From positions 1 through 57,530 of the forward strand of contig JAFOZZ010000199.1 of assembly GCA_017390945.1 (NCBI GenBank): DNA of 57,530 nucleotides, written 5' to 3'. The translations under genes were made by a program, and so were the position numbers. Every line of letters begins with the position of its first letter. The first letter of the stretch is position 1. Source of the DNA: Akkermansia sp. GTDB lineage: Bacteria > Verrucomicrobiota > Verrucomicrobiia > Verrucomicrobiales > Akkermansiaceae. The notes under the pieces are model-generated. The model was given only the letters and a program-made list of their open reading frames with translations. It was not told where the DNA came from and did not search any database. Of this stretch, positions 18,026-27,530 are shown in pieces.

Positions 18026-21000
18026 ATGAAAACATGGATTCATTTGGGCTCGTTATTGGTAGCCGCACTGGGTATTGCTGGTGCGGCTGAGGTCGCTTCT
18101 GCTCAGGTTACAGTAGGGGAAAAATCAGCGCAGATTTCTTTCAAAGAACCGGTGGTTCCTAAGTCTGCGCTGTACCGGCAGACTGGCGCGTCGGTCGAGA
18201 TTCAACCCTCTGCCGGCTCTTGCCCAAGTGTGTTATGGAGTGATCAGGATACGCTTCATATTCGTTTCGACAATGAAACGGAACCGGGCGCAACGTATCG
18301 TCTGGAATTGCATGAGAACAGGAGGAAATACCTGAGCGGTAAGGCTATGCCGCAGCATGTTTTCCATTTTAACGCGCCTCCCTGTATTGTGGAGGAGGTG
18401 AAGGCACCGGGGCTTTCCTGGGGGCTACCCGGCGGCGCTGTGATGCTGCGTATTGATCAGGACATTTACAGGCACAGGGAAAAGTTGCTCTTATCTGATG
18501 TGGAGTATTGTTTCGAAGTGACGGGGGACGATGACGAACCCGACCGCATGGTGCCGGGTAAAGCACGCGCGGTACTGGTAAAGGAGGTGCCTGAGTACTT
18601 GTTGGCCTCATGCATGTCCAGGGCTGCTGAGCTGGATTGGGCGGCATTGACTCCTGACAGCGTGGTGCCGGGTATTGTGGTAGTGGAGCCGGTAGAGAGT
18701 CTGGCTGGTTGTTTTTGGGAGCTGCATGTAAAACATCCTGATGAGCTCGTTAAGACGGACGATTCGATAATGGGAACGTTCGCCAAGGAATTTCGCTGTT
18801 GCCCTCTGGCGGCGCCCGGGGTGCAGGAGGGGCGGGAGCGCTTGTATATGGAGCTGTGCTTCAATGCGCCTGTGTTGGCAGCAGATGCGGAACAAATTTT
18901 TCGCAGTCTGGGGATAACGAGTGGGGAGCAGGTGGCGGAGGCCTCTGCCGATGGCTGGAGTAAGGTGCTCAGGCTGGAGGGACAGGAAATTCGTTTTACT
19001 TATGCACCATTGCCGGAGACCCGCACTTTCCCGCTCAACTCCCGTGAGCAGGAGCACCATTATGTGGAGCTGCCGCTGCACATGACGAACTGCGTGGGGA
19101 TGTGGGTGGATGGTGCACAGCACTTGCCGGTACCCTTGCAGCTTACTCTGCCGGCTGGTACATGCGCGGCGAATGGGTTGAGCATGCAGGAGCAGCAGGT
19201 GATTCCTTTTGCCTTGAATACACTGCGCCCTGTATTGCCGGAGTGTGAAAACAAGAAGATGATATTGATGCCATGGAAGGGGGCGCACCATCTGAAGATG
19301 AAATGCTCGGGGTGTGGTTCCATCGAGGTACGTGCCGCCCGGTTGGATGCAGAACAATACGTGCGCCTGCATGATTCTCTGCGCTCGCTTCTCTCATGGG
19401 GTAGTGATGAGGCCAAGCAGGAACTGGCGCCCTTGTTCGGCAAGAAAAAAGTCTTTTCGGTACCGCATGGTGAGAAGATGGAGCAGGAGATAGAGCTGCC
19501 CCTGGACGAGGTAGAGGGCTTCGGGCAGAAGCCCGGTGTGTATGTGCTGGCTATGAAACCCGCTTCGCCTTCCGGCGTGAAGCCTGTCGTGGCACCGGGG
19601 AGTGAACCGGAGGATGAAGCAAGTGTGCAATACTACGTCGTGCATGTTTCGGACATGGTGGCATATACCATCAATGACCAGGTTCTGGCGATGCGTCTGA
19701 GTGATAGTTCGCTGGTACAGGATGGTGAGCTGAAGATTTACGGTGATGGGTACAATTTTAGCTCGAAGTTGGTCGGCAGTTTCCCCCTTCACAATGGCGT
19801 AGCACGGCCTGTCATGCAGGAGCAGGTGTATCCGGGTGTGGCTTTGGTGCAGAGTGGTGACGATTTCGCTTTGCTGAAAAGAGAATGGATGGGAATTCCC
19901 CTCAAGGAAGAAATGGTGGAAAAGGGCAGCGTGCAGGTGTTTGCAGACCGCTCGCTGTACCGCCCCGGTGATACGCTGCACCTGTACGCCATGACTCGTC
20001 GCTGGGATGAGCAGGGGAAGATGGCACCGCCTGCTGCCGGAGAGCGTGTTCAGGTGCGCATTCTGCGCAAGTCGAAGGTTTGCTATGAAAAAACGCTTCA
20101 ACTCGATGCCTATGGCTCCGCGCATCTGGATTGGCGATTGCCGACCGAACCGGAGGATGCCGTGGGCGAATATGAGGTGACGGTGTGCAGTGAGGGCTGT
20201 GCCGACGGGAGTCTTGTTGTGAATTGCGAGGTGTTCCGGCGCGATGCATTTGACGTGAAGTGCGAGTTGATTGCGGAAGCCGTGCAGCCCGAAAGCGCTG
20301 TGCTGAAAGTGCAGGCAATGGGCTATGATGGCTTGCCGGTGACAGATGGAGTGGTGCATGCAGAGGTGTATATCGAAGGCGATGATGAGCCATGCAGGGT
20401 GGATTTGCCGCTGGATGCTGCCGGGTGTGCTGAGCATGTGATTGACCTGAGCTGTCGCTCCGAGTGGATAGATGGCGAGAAGTGCTCAGTGTGTGTGCTG
20501 GGCAGTGTGCGCAACAGTCGTCAGGAGTATGTCATGTGGTTGCCAGTCAGCCGGAATTATTACCCGGCTGATTTCCTCATTAGCTGTACATCTGACGGGC
20601 TTCAGACACCGGTGATTGTTCTGACCGATATCAGTGATGAGAAGCGTCCCCTTGCTCGTGAGCAGGAGCTGGAGCTGAGTCTGCTGGCTCCTGTATACAA
20701 TAAGGAGACGTTGTCAAATGGTGTTGTGCTGATAACGTCGAATGAGCAGGGTGAGGTATGGCAGCAGCGCATTACAGTGCCAGCTCATTGTACTGAGGGA
20801 GTGAAGCCTGAGCTTGAGCCGATACTACGTAAGCTGAAGGAGGAACGGAAAAGGAGGGGTGACAGGCGCACCTGCACGGTCAAACTGGACGTGCGGGGTG
20901 AAGACCCTGATGGTAATATGGTGACGGTGCAGATACCTGTGCTCCTGAGAATGCATGATGACAGTGCGTGGCTAGAGAACAGAGAGACGGATGTTGAGTG

Positions 21001-23680
21001 TGTCTGGGGCCAGGTGGAGGGGCGAGAGTTGGTGATACCTACGAGCTTCAGCTGTGCAGGCAAGGCCGCTTTTATGTTCCGCACCAAGCGAGGGATTCTT
21101 GCGGATACGGTACCGGTGCAGGCCGGGCAGAATACGGTGCGGGTGGCACTGCCGGATAATGCTTTCGGGAATGTTTCCGGGATGATTCTGTTGCCGATAC
21201 AGAAAGCGGGAGTCTATCATGGTATGGAGGCTGCGGGATTCGTGGTGGACGCGCCAACTGCCAGGAAAGAGTTGGCGGTAGAGTGGCAACTCCCACCGGG
21301 CGTGCAGGCTCCGGGGAGCCGCGTGCAGGTGAGTGGCCGAGTGATGGGAGCCGATGGCTCGCCGGTCGAGCAGGCTTCCGTGTGTTTGTGGGCGGTGGAC
21401 ACCGGTATGCTGTCGGTGAGCCGCTACACGCTGCCCACTCTCGGTGCGGGGATGGAGCTTTCGTTGTATTGGGACAGCTATCTGCCGAAAGTCGGTGAAT
21501 ATACGTACACATTGCCGGAGTTGCACCAGGTGGTGCCGGCAATGTCGTCCTATTATCCTCAGGGGCTGCTATCGGCGCTCCGCGGGCTGGGGGATGATGA
21601 CATCTATTTCGATTCACAGGAGATGGATTACTACGCGGGGCGCTGTAGGGTGCGCTGTAATTTCCGTGCTCAGGTATTGGCTGAGGTTGATGCTTTGTGG
21701 TCGGAGGAAGATGCCGAATTAGGGACTGGCCTGGGAAGTACGTGGTCAGGATTAGGAAGCGCGGGTTCTGTTATCCTCGCCAGTTCCTCTGCGCCTGAGA
21801 GCCCCAGGCCGCGATTGCGTTCGGACTTCACGCCCACGCCGCTGTGGCAGCCGGTTCTGCGTACGGATGCAGAGGGGCGTTTCACGGCGGAGCTACCCCT
21901 GCCGGATACCTTTACCACTTATCGCGTGATGGCGGTGGTGCAGGGGGCGGATGGTTGCTCTTTCGGCAATGGCGAGACGGAGCTGGTGGTGAATCAACCC
22001 GTGATGCTGGAGCCCGGTACTCCGTTTTTCATGAGCGTGGGTGATACCCTGCGCCTGCCGGTGACGGTGACAAATAACTCCGGGGCGGAGGGTACCTGGG
22101 CTGTCTCGATGCAGGGAGCGGCGGCTCCGCAGCAAGTGACGCTTGCTGCTGGGCAGGTGGCAACTCTGTATTTTGAGTTCACTGCTGTGAGCGAGGGTGA
22201 GAGTGTGTTGCAATGGCAAGCCGTGGGGGAGAATGGGAGCGATGCGGTGCAGGGGAGCTTCCCGGTGCGATTCCCCGCTCCTGTACTACAGGAGGCTCAC
22301 CATGTAGCCTTGAAGGTTGGGGATGCTCCGCTGGTGCCGCAGGAGCTGCTGGGTGAGGAATTGCGCAGCGGGCGCGACTTGTGTGTGGCGGTGGAACTGT
22401 GCGCCGACCCGCTCGCGCAGCTGCGCGGATGCCTGGAGTTCTCGCTGACGTACCCCTATGGTTGCACGGAACAGCGTTCCTCTACCTTGCTGCCCTGGTT
22501 GTTGTATGAGCGATTGGCTCCTTACTGTCGAGCTTTGAAACATAAGAGCGCGGAGGATGTGAAGGAGGTTGTGGAAAAGACTGTGGCGGTGCTGTTGAAG
22601 CGTCAGCAGGCAGATGGTGGCCTGAGCTATTGGGATAGCGGTGAGAGCTGCTACTGGGCATCTGCTCAGGCAGCACAGGTGCTGACGATAGCCAAGACCC
22701 AGGGGTATGAGGTCCCGGCTGATGCGCTGAAAAAACTGTGTGACTACCTGTCGCGTAATAAGGCCAATCACGATTTCAAGAACCCCTTTACGCGCTATGC
22801 CGTGGCCAGCGTGTGTGAGGACGACAAGTTGATGACAGAAGCGCTGGCTGAGGCTACTGCGGAGAAACAGGAGAAATCTCGCTACCACAGCCGGGTGGCT
22901 CAGGCCAGCCTGCGTTTCCTGTCTGAGATGGATGGCAGTGATGAGGCGGTGTACGAGGCGTATAACCGCTGGTTGCGAACGGTAGCAGGCGGGGCTGTGC
23001 ACTTGTCCACATGGGATAGTGGATGGGTATTCCTGGCGCTGCATGAGTTCATGCTTTTTGGGACTGAGAAAAGCGAAAAAACGGCCACGCTTACCACGGC
23101 CGCGGGACGAACACTGATTGTTGGTGCCGAGCCTGTTGTGCTGAGCGCAGAGGATGCGGCTACCCTCACCCCCACCGCCGGCACGGCTTATGTGACGGTG
23201 AAGGCCAAGGCACTGCCGGAGCAGACGGAGTACCCTGGTGTGACGGAGAAGGGCTTGCAGGTGACGCGCATTTACGAGAAGCGTGGCGAGGATGGCGTGT
23301 GGCGTGAGGCGCGCGAGTTCAACGTGGGCGACGTGGTGCGCGTGACGCTTACCTGCGCCAAGGGCGACCGCGAGCTGGAGTATTTCGTGCTCGAGGACTA
23401 CCTGCCTGCCAGCATGGAGGCCATCAACCCGAATGTACCCTCGCAGGCCGCCGGGCTGGAGTGGAGCCCGTGGAGCAACTGGTTTGACCACAAGGAGTAC
23501 TTGTCCTACCGCGTGCGCGGCTTCTGCACCCGCTGGGGGGGGCGCGACCTGCTCAACATGAGCTACTACGCCCGCGTGAAACGCGCCGGTACGGCCACCG
23601 CCCCGCCCGCCCAGGCTCAGCTCATGTACGAGCCGCAGACCTACGGCCTCTCGCCCAACTCGGTGATTACCACGCGATAG
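18026..23680 (+). CDS. Bacterial alpha-2-macroglobulin family protein 2 (intact thioester CTEQ)
   Basis: 1884 aa, signal peptide, DRSLYRPGDT, WAVDTG, LRSDF...LPDTFTTY, YPYGCTEQ (CTEQ codons at 22463-22474). Confidence 0.93.
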   Translation: MKTWIHLGSLLVAALGIAGAAEVASAQVTVGEKSAQISFKEPVVPKSALYRQTGASVEIQPSAGSCPSVLWSDQDTLHIRFDNETEPGATYRLELHENRRKYLSGKAMPQHVFHFNAPPCIVEEVKAPGLSWGLPGGAVMLRIDQDIYRHREKLLLSDVEYCFEVTGDDDEPDRMVPGKARAVLVKEVPEYLLASCMSRAAELDWAALTPDSVVPGIVVVEPVESLAGCFWELHVKHPDELVKTDDSIMGTFAKEFRCCPLAAPGVQEGRERLYMELCFNAPVLAADAEQIFRSLGITSGEQVAEASADGWSKVLRLEGQEIRFTYAPLPETRTFPLNSREQEHHYVELPLHMTNCVGMWVDGAQHLPVPLQLTLPAGTCAANGLSMQEQQVIPFALNTLRPVLPECENKKMILMPWKGAHHLKMKCSGCGSIEVRAARLDAEQYVRLHDSLRSLLSWGSDEAKQELAPLFGKKKVFSVPHGEKMEQEIELPLDEVEGFGQKPGVYVLAMKPASPSGVKPVVAPGSEPEDEASVQYYVVHVSDMVAYTINDQVLAMRLSDSSLVQDGELKIYGDGYNFSSKLVGSFPLHNGVARPVMQEQVYPGVALVQSGDDFALLKREWMGIPLKEEMVEKGSVQVFADRSLYRPGDTLHLYAMTRRWDEQGKMAPPAAGERVQVRILRKSKVCYEKTLQLDAYGSAHLDWRLPTEPEDAVGEYEVTVCSEGCADGSLVVNCEVFRRDAFDVKCELIAEAVQPESAVLKVQAMGYDGLPVTDGVVHAEVYIEGDDEPCRVDLPLDAAGCAEHVIDLSCRSEWIDGEKCSVCVLGSVRNSRQEYVMWLPVSRNYYPADFLISCTSDGLQTPVIVLTDISDEKRPLAREQELELSLLAPVYNKETLSNGVVLITSNEQGEVWQQRITVPAHCTEGVKPELEPILRKLKEERKRRGDRRTCTVKLDVRGEDPDGNMVTVQIPVLLRMHDDSAWLENRETDVECVWGQVEGRELVIPTSFSCAGKAAFMFRTKRGILADTVPVQAGQNTVRVALPDNAFGNVSGMILLPIQKAGVYHGMEAAGFVVDAPTARKELAVEWQLPPGVQAPGSRVQVSGRVMGADGSPVEQASVCLWAVDTGMLSVSRYTLPTLGAGMELSLYWDSYLPKVGEYTYTLPELHQVVPAMSSYYPQGLLSALRGLGDDDIYFDSQEMDYYAGRCRVRCNFRAQVLAEVDALWSEEDAELGTGLGSTWSGLGSAGSVILASSSAPESPRPRLRSDFTPTPLWQPVLRTDAEGRFTAELPLPDTFTTYRVMAVVQGADGCSFGNGETELVVNQPVMLEPGTPFFMSVGDTLRLPVTVTNNSGAEGTWAVSMQGAAAPQQVTLAAGQVATLYFEFTAVSEGESVLQWQAVGENGSDAVQGSFPVRFPAPVLQEAHHVALKVGDAPLVPQELLGEELRSGRDLCVAVELCADPLAQLRGCLEFSLTYPYGCTEQRSSTLLPWLLYERLAPYCRALKHKSAEDVKEVVEKTVAVLLKRQQADGGLSYWDSGESCYWASAQAAQVLTIAKTQGYEVPADALKKLCDYLSRNKANHDFKNPFTRYAVASVCEDDKLMTEALAEATAEKQEKSRYHSRVAQASLRFLSEMDGSDEAVYEAYNRWLRTVAGGAVHLSTWDSGWVFLALHEFMLFGTEKSEKTATLTTAAGRTLIVGAEPVVLSAEDAATLTPTAGTAYVTVKAKALPEQTEYPGVTEKGLQVTRIYEKRGEDGVWREAREFNVGDVVRVTLTCAKGDRELEYFVLEDYLPASMEAINPNVPSQAAGLEWSPWSNWFDHKEYLSYRVRGFCTRWGGRDLLNMSYYARVKRAGTATAPPAQAQLMYEPQTYGLSPNSVITTR

Positions 23681-23710
23681 TCCACCCCATATCCCCGCAT
23701 TTTTCACCCC

Positions 23711-23749
23711 AACCGCCGCGAGTACTCCATGTACCCGCGGCGGTTTTTT
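23711..23749 (+). terminator. Rho-independent terminator
   Basis: AACCGCCGCG...CGCGGCGGTT followed by a T run. Confidence 0.75.
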
Positions 23750-23775
23750 GCCGATTGACCAAGAAAGAACTGTTA

Positions 23776-23822
23776 CAAATTCCCGAAAATCGGGAATCCG
23801 ATTCCCGATTTTCGGGAATTTG
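23776..23822. promoter_or_regulatory. Perfect 22-bp inverted repeat (nested palindrome) upstream of AAA/DUF4143 gene 1
   Basis: CAAATTCCCGAAAATCGGGAAT-CCG-ATTCCCGATTTTCGGGAATTTG, directly followed by TTGACT (23825); second copy at 25114-25154. Confidence 0.8.
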
Positions 23823-23860
23823 GCTTGACTTGCGATGAGAAAAAGACGAAAATACGTGCG

Positions 23861-25099
23861 ATGAAAGCGAAAGATAACAGTAGCTATGTGCCGCGCAGCA
23901 TGTGCAAAAAAGTGGCAGAACTGAGCCGCTTTTTCCCTTGTGTGTTGCTGACGGGTGCGAGACAGGTGGGGAAATCCACGCTACTCCGGCACATGCTGCC
24001 GGAAGGAATGACTTATCTGACGCTGGATGATTATCAGTTGGCAGAATACGCGAAAAGCGACCCCATGGGGTTTTTGGATGCGTACCCGGAGCCGCTTTGC
24101 ATAGATGAGATTCAGTATGCTCCCCAGTTGTTTCGCGCCATTAAAATGAAGGTCGATGCCAATCGGCATCCCGGTATGTATTGGATGACCGGTTCTCAGC
24201 GCTTCCACATGATGAAGGGGGTGAGTGATAGCTTAGCCGGGCGCATAGGGATAGTGGATTTGTATACATTGTCGCAGCGGGAGCTGTATGGGGATGCCGA
24301 TAGTGGTGTGTATACTCCGGATAAGCCTGCTGCTGCCGTGTGCGAGAAGTCACTCTGTAGCTTACCTGAACTCTACGAGCGTATATGGCGCGGGGGGTAC
24401 CCGGAGCTGTACCGTGAGGCTGATATGCCGATGTATGATTTCTACCGCGATTATGTGCAGACCTATGTGGAGCGCGATGTGCGCAGTCTGACGCAAGTGG
24501 GAGATTTGGAAGCATTCGTGAAACTGATGCGTTCTGCGGCTATGCGCACGGGACAGCAGTTGGTATACAGTGATCTGGCAAGGGATGCCGGAGTGAGCCC
24601 CAAAACGGCGGCTGCATGGATTTCTATCTTACAGGCATCGGGTATAGTGGAGCTGTTGGAGCCCTATCATGTGAACACTACAAAACGATTAGCTAAGACG
24701 CCCAAGCTCTATTTTTGTGACACCGGCTTGTGCTGTTGGTTGGCGGGGTGGCGAAGTGCTGAGCAGTTGATGGAAGGCTCCTTTGCCGGTGCGATTCTCG
24801 AAACCTGGGTATACGGGCAGCTGATACGCCGCTATGCAAACGCCGGGGTGAAGCCTATCATAACCTATTATCGAGACTTTGATGGCGCGGAGGTGGATTT
24901 TGTACTGGAGGAGAATGGCGGCGTCTATCCTTTGGAGGTGAAACGTAGCTCTGCGCCCATGGAGAACGATTTGCGTTGGTGCCGAAAACTTCCCGTGCCT
25001 TCGTGGGCTGAGCTGAAGGCTCCGACTGTTTTCTGTACTGCTGAAAAAGCACGCCCCATGGCACACGGTGCTTTCGCGTTCCCTATTTCCGGTTTGTAA
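23861..25099 (+). CDS. AAA_14 ATPase with DUF4143 / C-terminal PD-(D/E)xK nuclease-like domain, copy 1
   Basis: Walker A GARQVGKST, Walker B CIDEIQ, TGSQ, SLAGR, GGYP, YVERDV, KTPKLYFCDTG, ETWV, EVDFVLE..YPLEVK. Confidence 0.92.
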   Translation: MKAKDNSSYVPRSMCKKVAELSRFFPCVLLTGARQVGKSTLLRHMLPEGMTYLTLDDYQLAEYAKSDPMGFLDAYPEPLCIDEIQYAPQLFRAIKMKVDANRHPGMYWMTGSQRFHMMKGVSDSLAGRIGIVDLYTLSQRELYGDADSGVYTPDKPAAAVCEKSLCSLPELYERIWRGGYPELYREADMPMYDFYRDYVQTYVERDVRSLTQVGDLEAFVKLMRSAAMRTGQQLVYSDLARDAGVSPKTAAAWISILQASGIVELLEPYHVNTTKRLAKTPKLYFCDTGLCCWLAGWRSAEQLMEGSFAGAILETWVYGQLIRRYANAGVKPIITYYRDFDGAEVDFVLEENGGVYPLEVKRSSAPMENDLRWCRKLPVPSWAELKAPTVFCTAEKARPMAHGAFAFPISGL

Positions 25100-25113
25100 A
25101 GAGTACGGTTGTT

Positions 25114-25154
25114 TTCCTAAAAATCGGGAATCGCATTCCCGATTTTTGGGAATT
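25114..25154. repeat. Downstream copy of the palindrome flanking AAA/DUF4143 gene 1
   Basis: TTCCTAAAAATCGGGAAT-CGC-ATTCCCGATTTTTGGGAATT, 14 nt after the stop codon. Confidence 0.8.
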
Positions 25155-25174
25155 GAGCGGACGGCGAGTGCAAG

Positions 25175-25270
25175 AAAAGCCGCAGTCTGTTAAGACTGCG
25201 GCCTTTGTTTGCGGGCGGAAGCCCCGCCTGAATTTCAAATGGTCAATTGTCAATCGTCAATTGTCAATCC
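25175..25270 (-). terminator. Repeated hairpin module, probably a bidirectional terminator between the AAA gene and guaA
   Basis: GCCGCAGTCT-GTTA-AGACTGCGGC, then GCGGGCGGAAGCCCCGC and (TGTCAAT)-type heptamers; same architecture as 5696-5790. Confidence 0.7.
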
Positions 25271-25273
25271 CCT

Positions 25274-26797
25274 TTACTCCCATTCGATGGATGCCGGGGG
25301 CTTGGTGCTGATGTCGAAGAGTACGCGGTTGATGCCCTTCACCTCGTTGAGGATGCGGTTGGAGGCCTCGCGCAGCAGGTCGTAGGGCAGCTGCACCCAG
25401 TCAGCGGTCATGGCGTCCTCGGACACGATAGCGCGCAGGTTGGTGGCGAACTCGTAGGAACGCTCGTCGCCCTTCACGCCCACGGTCTTTACGGGGATGA
25501 GGCCGGCGTAGGCCTGCCAGCACTTGTCGTACCAATCCCACTTGCGGAGGGTGCCGATGAAGATGGCGTCGCACTCACGGATGATGTCGAGACGCTCCTT
25601 GGTGACCTCGCCCGGGCAGCGCACGGCCAGACCGGGGCCGGGGAAGGGGTGGCGCCACAGGATGTCGTGGGAGATGCCCATGGAGGCACCTAGCTCACGT
25701 ACTTCGTCCTTGAAGAGGAAGGCGAGCGGCTCGATGACCTTGCCCTCCTCCTGCATCTTGAGCACACGCTCTACGCGGTTGTGGTGGGTCTTAATGACGG
25801 AGGCTTTGCTCTTGGCGTTGGAGGCGCTTTCAATCACGTCCGGGTACAGGGTGCCCTGAGCCAGCATTTCGGCATCGCCCACGGCGTCCCAGAACACGTC
25901 GATGAAGAGGTTGCCGATGATGCGGCGCTTCTTCTCGGGGGCGGTCTCGCCGGCGAGGGCAGCGAGGAAACGCTCGGAGGCGTCCACGGTCTCAATCGTC
26001 ACGCCCATGCGCTCGAAGTTGGCCTGAACCTCCTTGGCCTCGTCCTTACGCAGCAGGCCGTTGTCTACAAAGATGCAGCGTACATTCACGCCGGCCTCGT
26101 GCAGCAGCACGGCCAGCACGGTGCTGTCCACACCGCCGGATACACCGCACACCACCTGTTTGTCGCCTACCTTGGCGCGGATGTCGTCAATCAGCTCGCG
26201 CTTGAAATCGCCGATGTCGAAGGGGGCGAGCTCCTTAGCGTAGGAAAGGAAGTTGCGCAGGATGGTGCGCCCCTCGTGGGAGTGCGTTACCTCGGGGTGG
26301 AACTGAATGCCGAACATCTGCTCGCCCCACTGCAGGGATACGGGTACGCCGTCGCTGTTGCGGGCGATGACCTTGCAGTTGTCGGCCAGGTGGTCGACGG
26401 TGTCGGAGTGGCTCATCCACACCTGAGAGGAGGGGGACATGTCAGCGTAGAGCCCTTCGAGCTTCTCGGGGATGAGGGCGGCGGGGCCGTATTCGCGCTT
26501 GTTGCTGCTGCGCACGGTGCCACCGGTCTTGATGTTGAGCAGCTGCATGCCGTAGCATACACCCAGAATGGGCACGTTGAAGGAGGTGAGCCATTCGAAA
26601 TCGATATCCGGGGCGTCGGGCTCGGAGGTGCTGCGGGGACCGCCGGAGAGGATGATAGCCCCGGGGTTGCTGATTTCGTGCAGATCCTCCAGTGCATAGA
26701 GCTTGGCCAGGAAGCCCAGCTCGCGCACGCGGCGCACGATGAGCTGCGTGTACTGAGAGCCGTAGTCGATAACGGCAACAATGTGTTTCGGCGTCAT
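25274..26797 (-). CDS. guaA: GMP synthase (glutamine-hydrolysing)
   Basis: IDYGSQYTQLI, GVCYGMQ, QFHPEV, SGGVDS, QGTLYPDVIES, IKTHHN, RHPFPGPGL, KPPASIEWE; start set at MTPKHIVAVID. Confidence 0.98.
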   Translation of the reverse strand: MTPKHIVAVIDYGSQYTQLIVRRVRELGFLAKLYALEDLHEISNPGAIILSGGPRSTSEPDAPDIDFEWLTSFNVPILGVCYGMQLLNIKTGGTVRSSNKREYGPAALIPEKLEGLYADMSPSSQVWMSHSDTVDHLADNCKVIARNSDGVPVSLQWGEQMFGIQFHPEVTHSHEGRTILRNFLSYAKELAPFDIGDFKRELIDDIRAKVGDKQVVCGVSGGVDSTVLAVLLHEAGVNVRCIFVDNGLLRKDEAKEVQANFERMGVTIETVDASERFLAALAGETAPEKKRRIIGNLFIDVFWDAVGDAEMLAQGTLYPDVIESASNAKSKASVIKTHHNRVERVLKMQEEGKVIEPLAFLFKDEVRELGASMGISHDILWRHPFPGPGLAVRCPGEVTKERLDIIRECDAIFIGTLRKWDWYDKCWQAYAGLIPVKTVGVKGDERSYEFATNLRAIVSEDAMTADWVQLPYDLLREASNRILNEVKGINRVLFDISTKPPASIEWE

Positions 26798-27068
26798 AAA
26801 ACTGTTTGTGTTAACGTGTGGAACACTTAGTGTTTCGCGGATTATAGCATAGGTAGCCGATGAAGTGAAGCCCAAAATCGATGTCGGATTTTGATTTTTC
26901 AATGATTTTTTGTTGTCGGGCAGGAGCAATGATGCATGCAAGCGGCTGCTTATGGGGGCAAGTGACCGCAAATGGCAGGAAAAAGATAGGAAAAAGCGCG
27001 CCGGAAGCCGATTTAGCTTGCCAGAGCAGAGGGAAAGCGGTAGAATGCGGATTACAGGAAAGAAAGCT

Positions 27069-27530
27069 ATGATGAGGAAATCCGCAGTTTTTACAATACT
27101 CGTAACGCTGATGAGTGCCGGCCTGCTGGTGACATGTGCCCAGCGCTATGGTTCCGTAGCTCAGGAGTCTGTGGTGGAGACTCTCTCATCGGACGCTATT
27201 GCCGTTACGCCGCGCATACCGGGCTTCCTGCTGGAGCCGGGGCAGATTCACCGCCTGAGCAGCAGCGAAATGCGCCTTCTGCGTACCCTGTTGCGTGGTG
27301 GCAAGATGCGCGTGGTGCACGAGCGTTATTACCATGATGATGTTCCCGGGCGCCGCGAGGACAGTGGCAAGGTGTTCTACCTGTACGGCAGCAACGAGCA
27401 GTGCCTGGGTGGCCGTGTGGTGGGTGATATGGTGGAGATGGACGACATTGAGCTGTCTGAGCCCGATAGCCGCGACCTGTACCGCTTGCTGTACCGTCAT
27501 CTGGTGAAGGTGGTAGATATTCGCCCATGA
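27069..27530 (+). CDS. Hypothetical exported or lipoprotein-like protein
   Basis: MMRKSAVFTILVTLMSAGLLVTC signal-like start; TTGCCA-17-TAGAAT upstream; stop overlaps next start (ATGA). Confidence 0.6.
   Translation: MMRKSAVFTILVTLMSAGLLVTCAQRYGSVAQESVVETLSSDAIAVTPRIPGFLLEPGQIHRLSSSEMRLLRTLLRGGKMRVVHERYYHDDVPGRREDSGKVFYLYGSNEQCLGGRVVGDMVEMDDIELSEPDSRDLYRLLYRHLVKVVDIRP

Noticed and set aside
17415-23669. Diversity-generating retroelement TR/VR pair in the macroglobulin tails
   Set aside because: Mismatches are mostly synonymous third-position changes and not adenine-specific, both copies are coding, and no reverse transcriptase is in the window
26798-26971. N-terminal extension of guaA
   Set aside because: GuaA homology starts at MTPKHIVAVID; the extension crosses the AT-rich divergent promoter region
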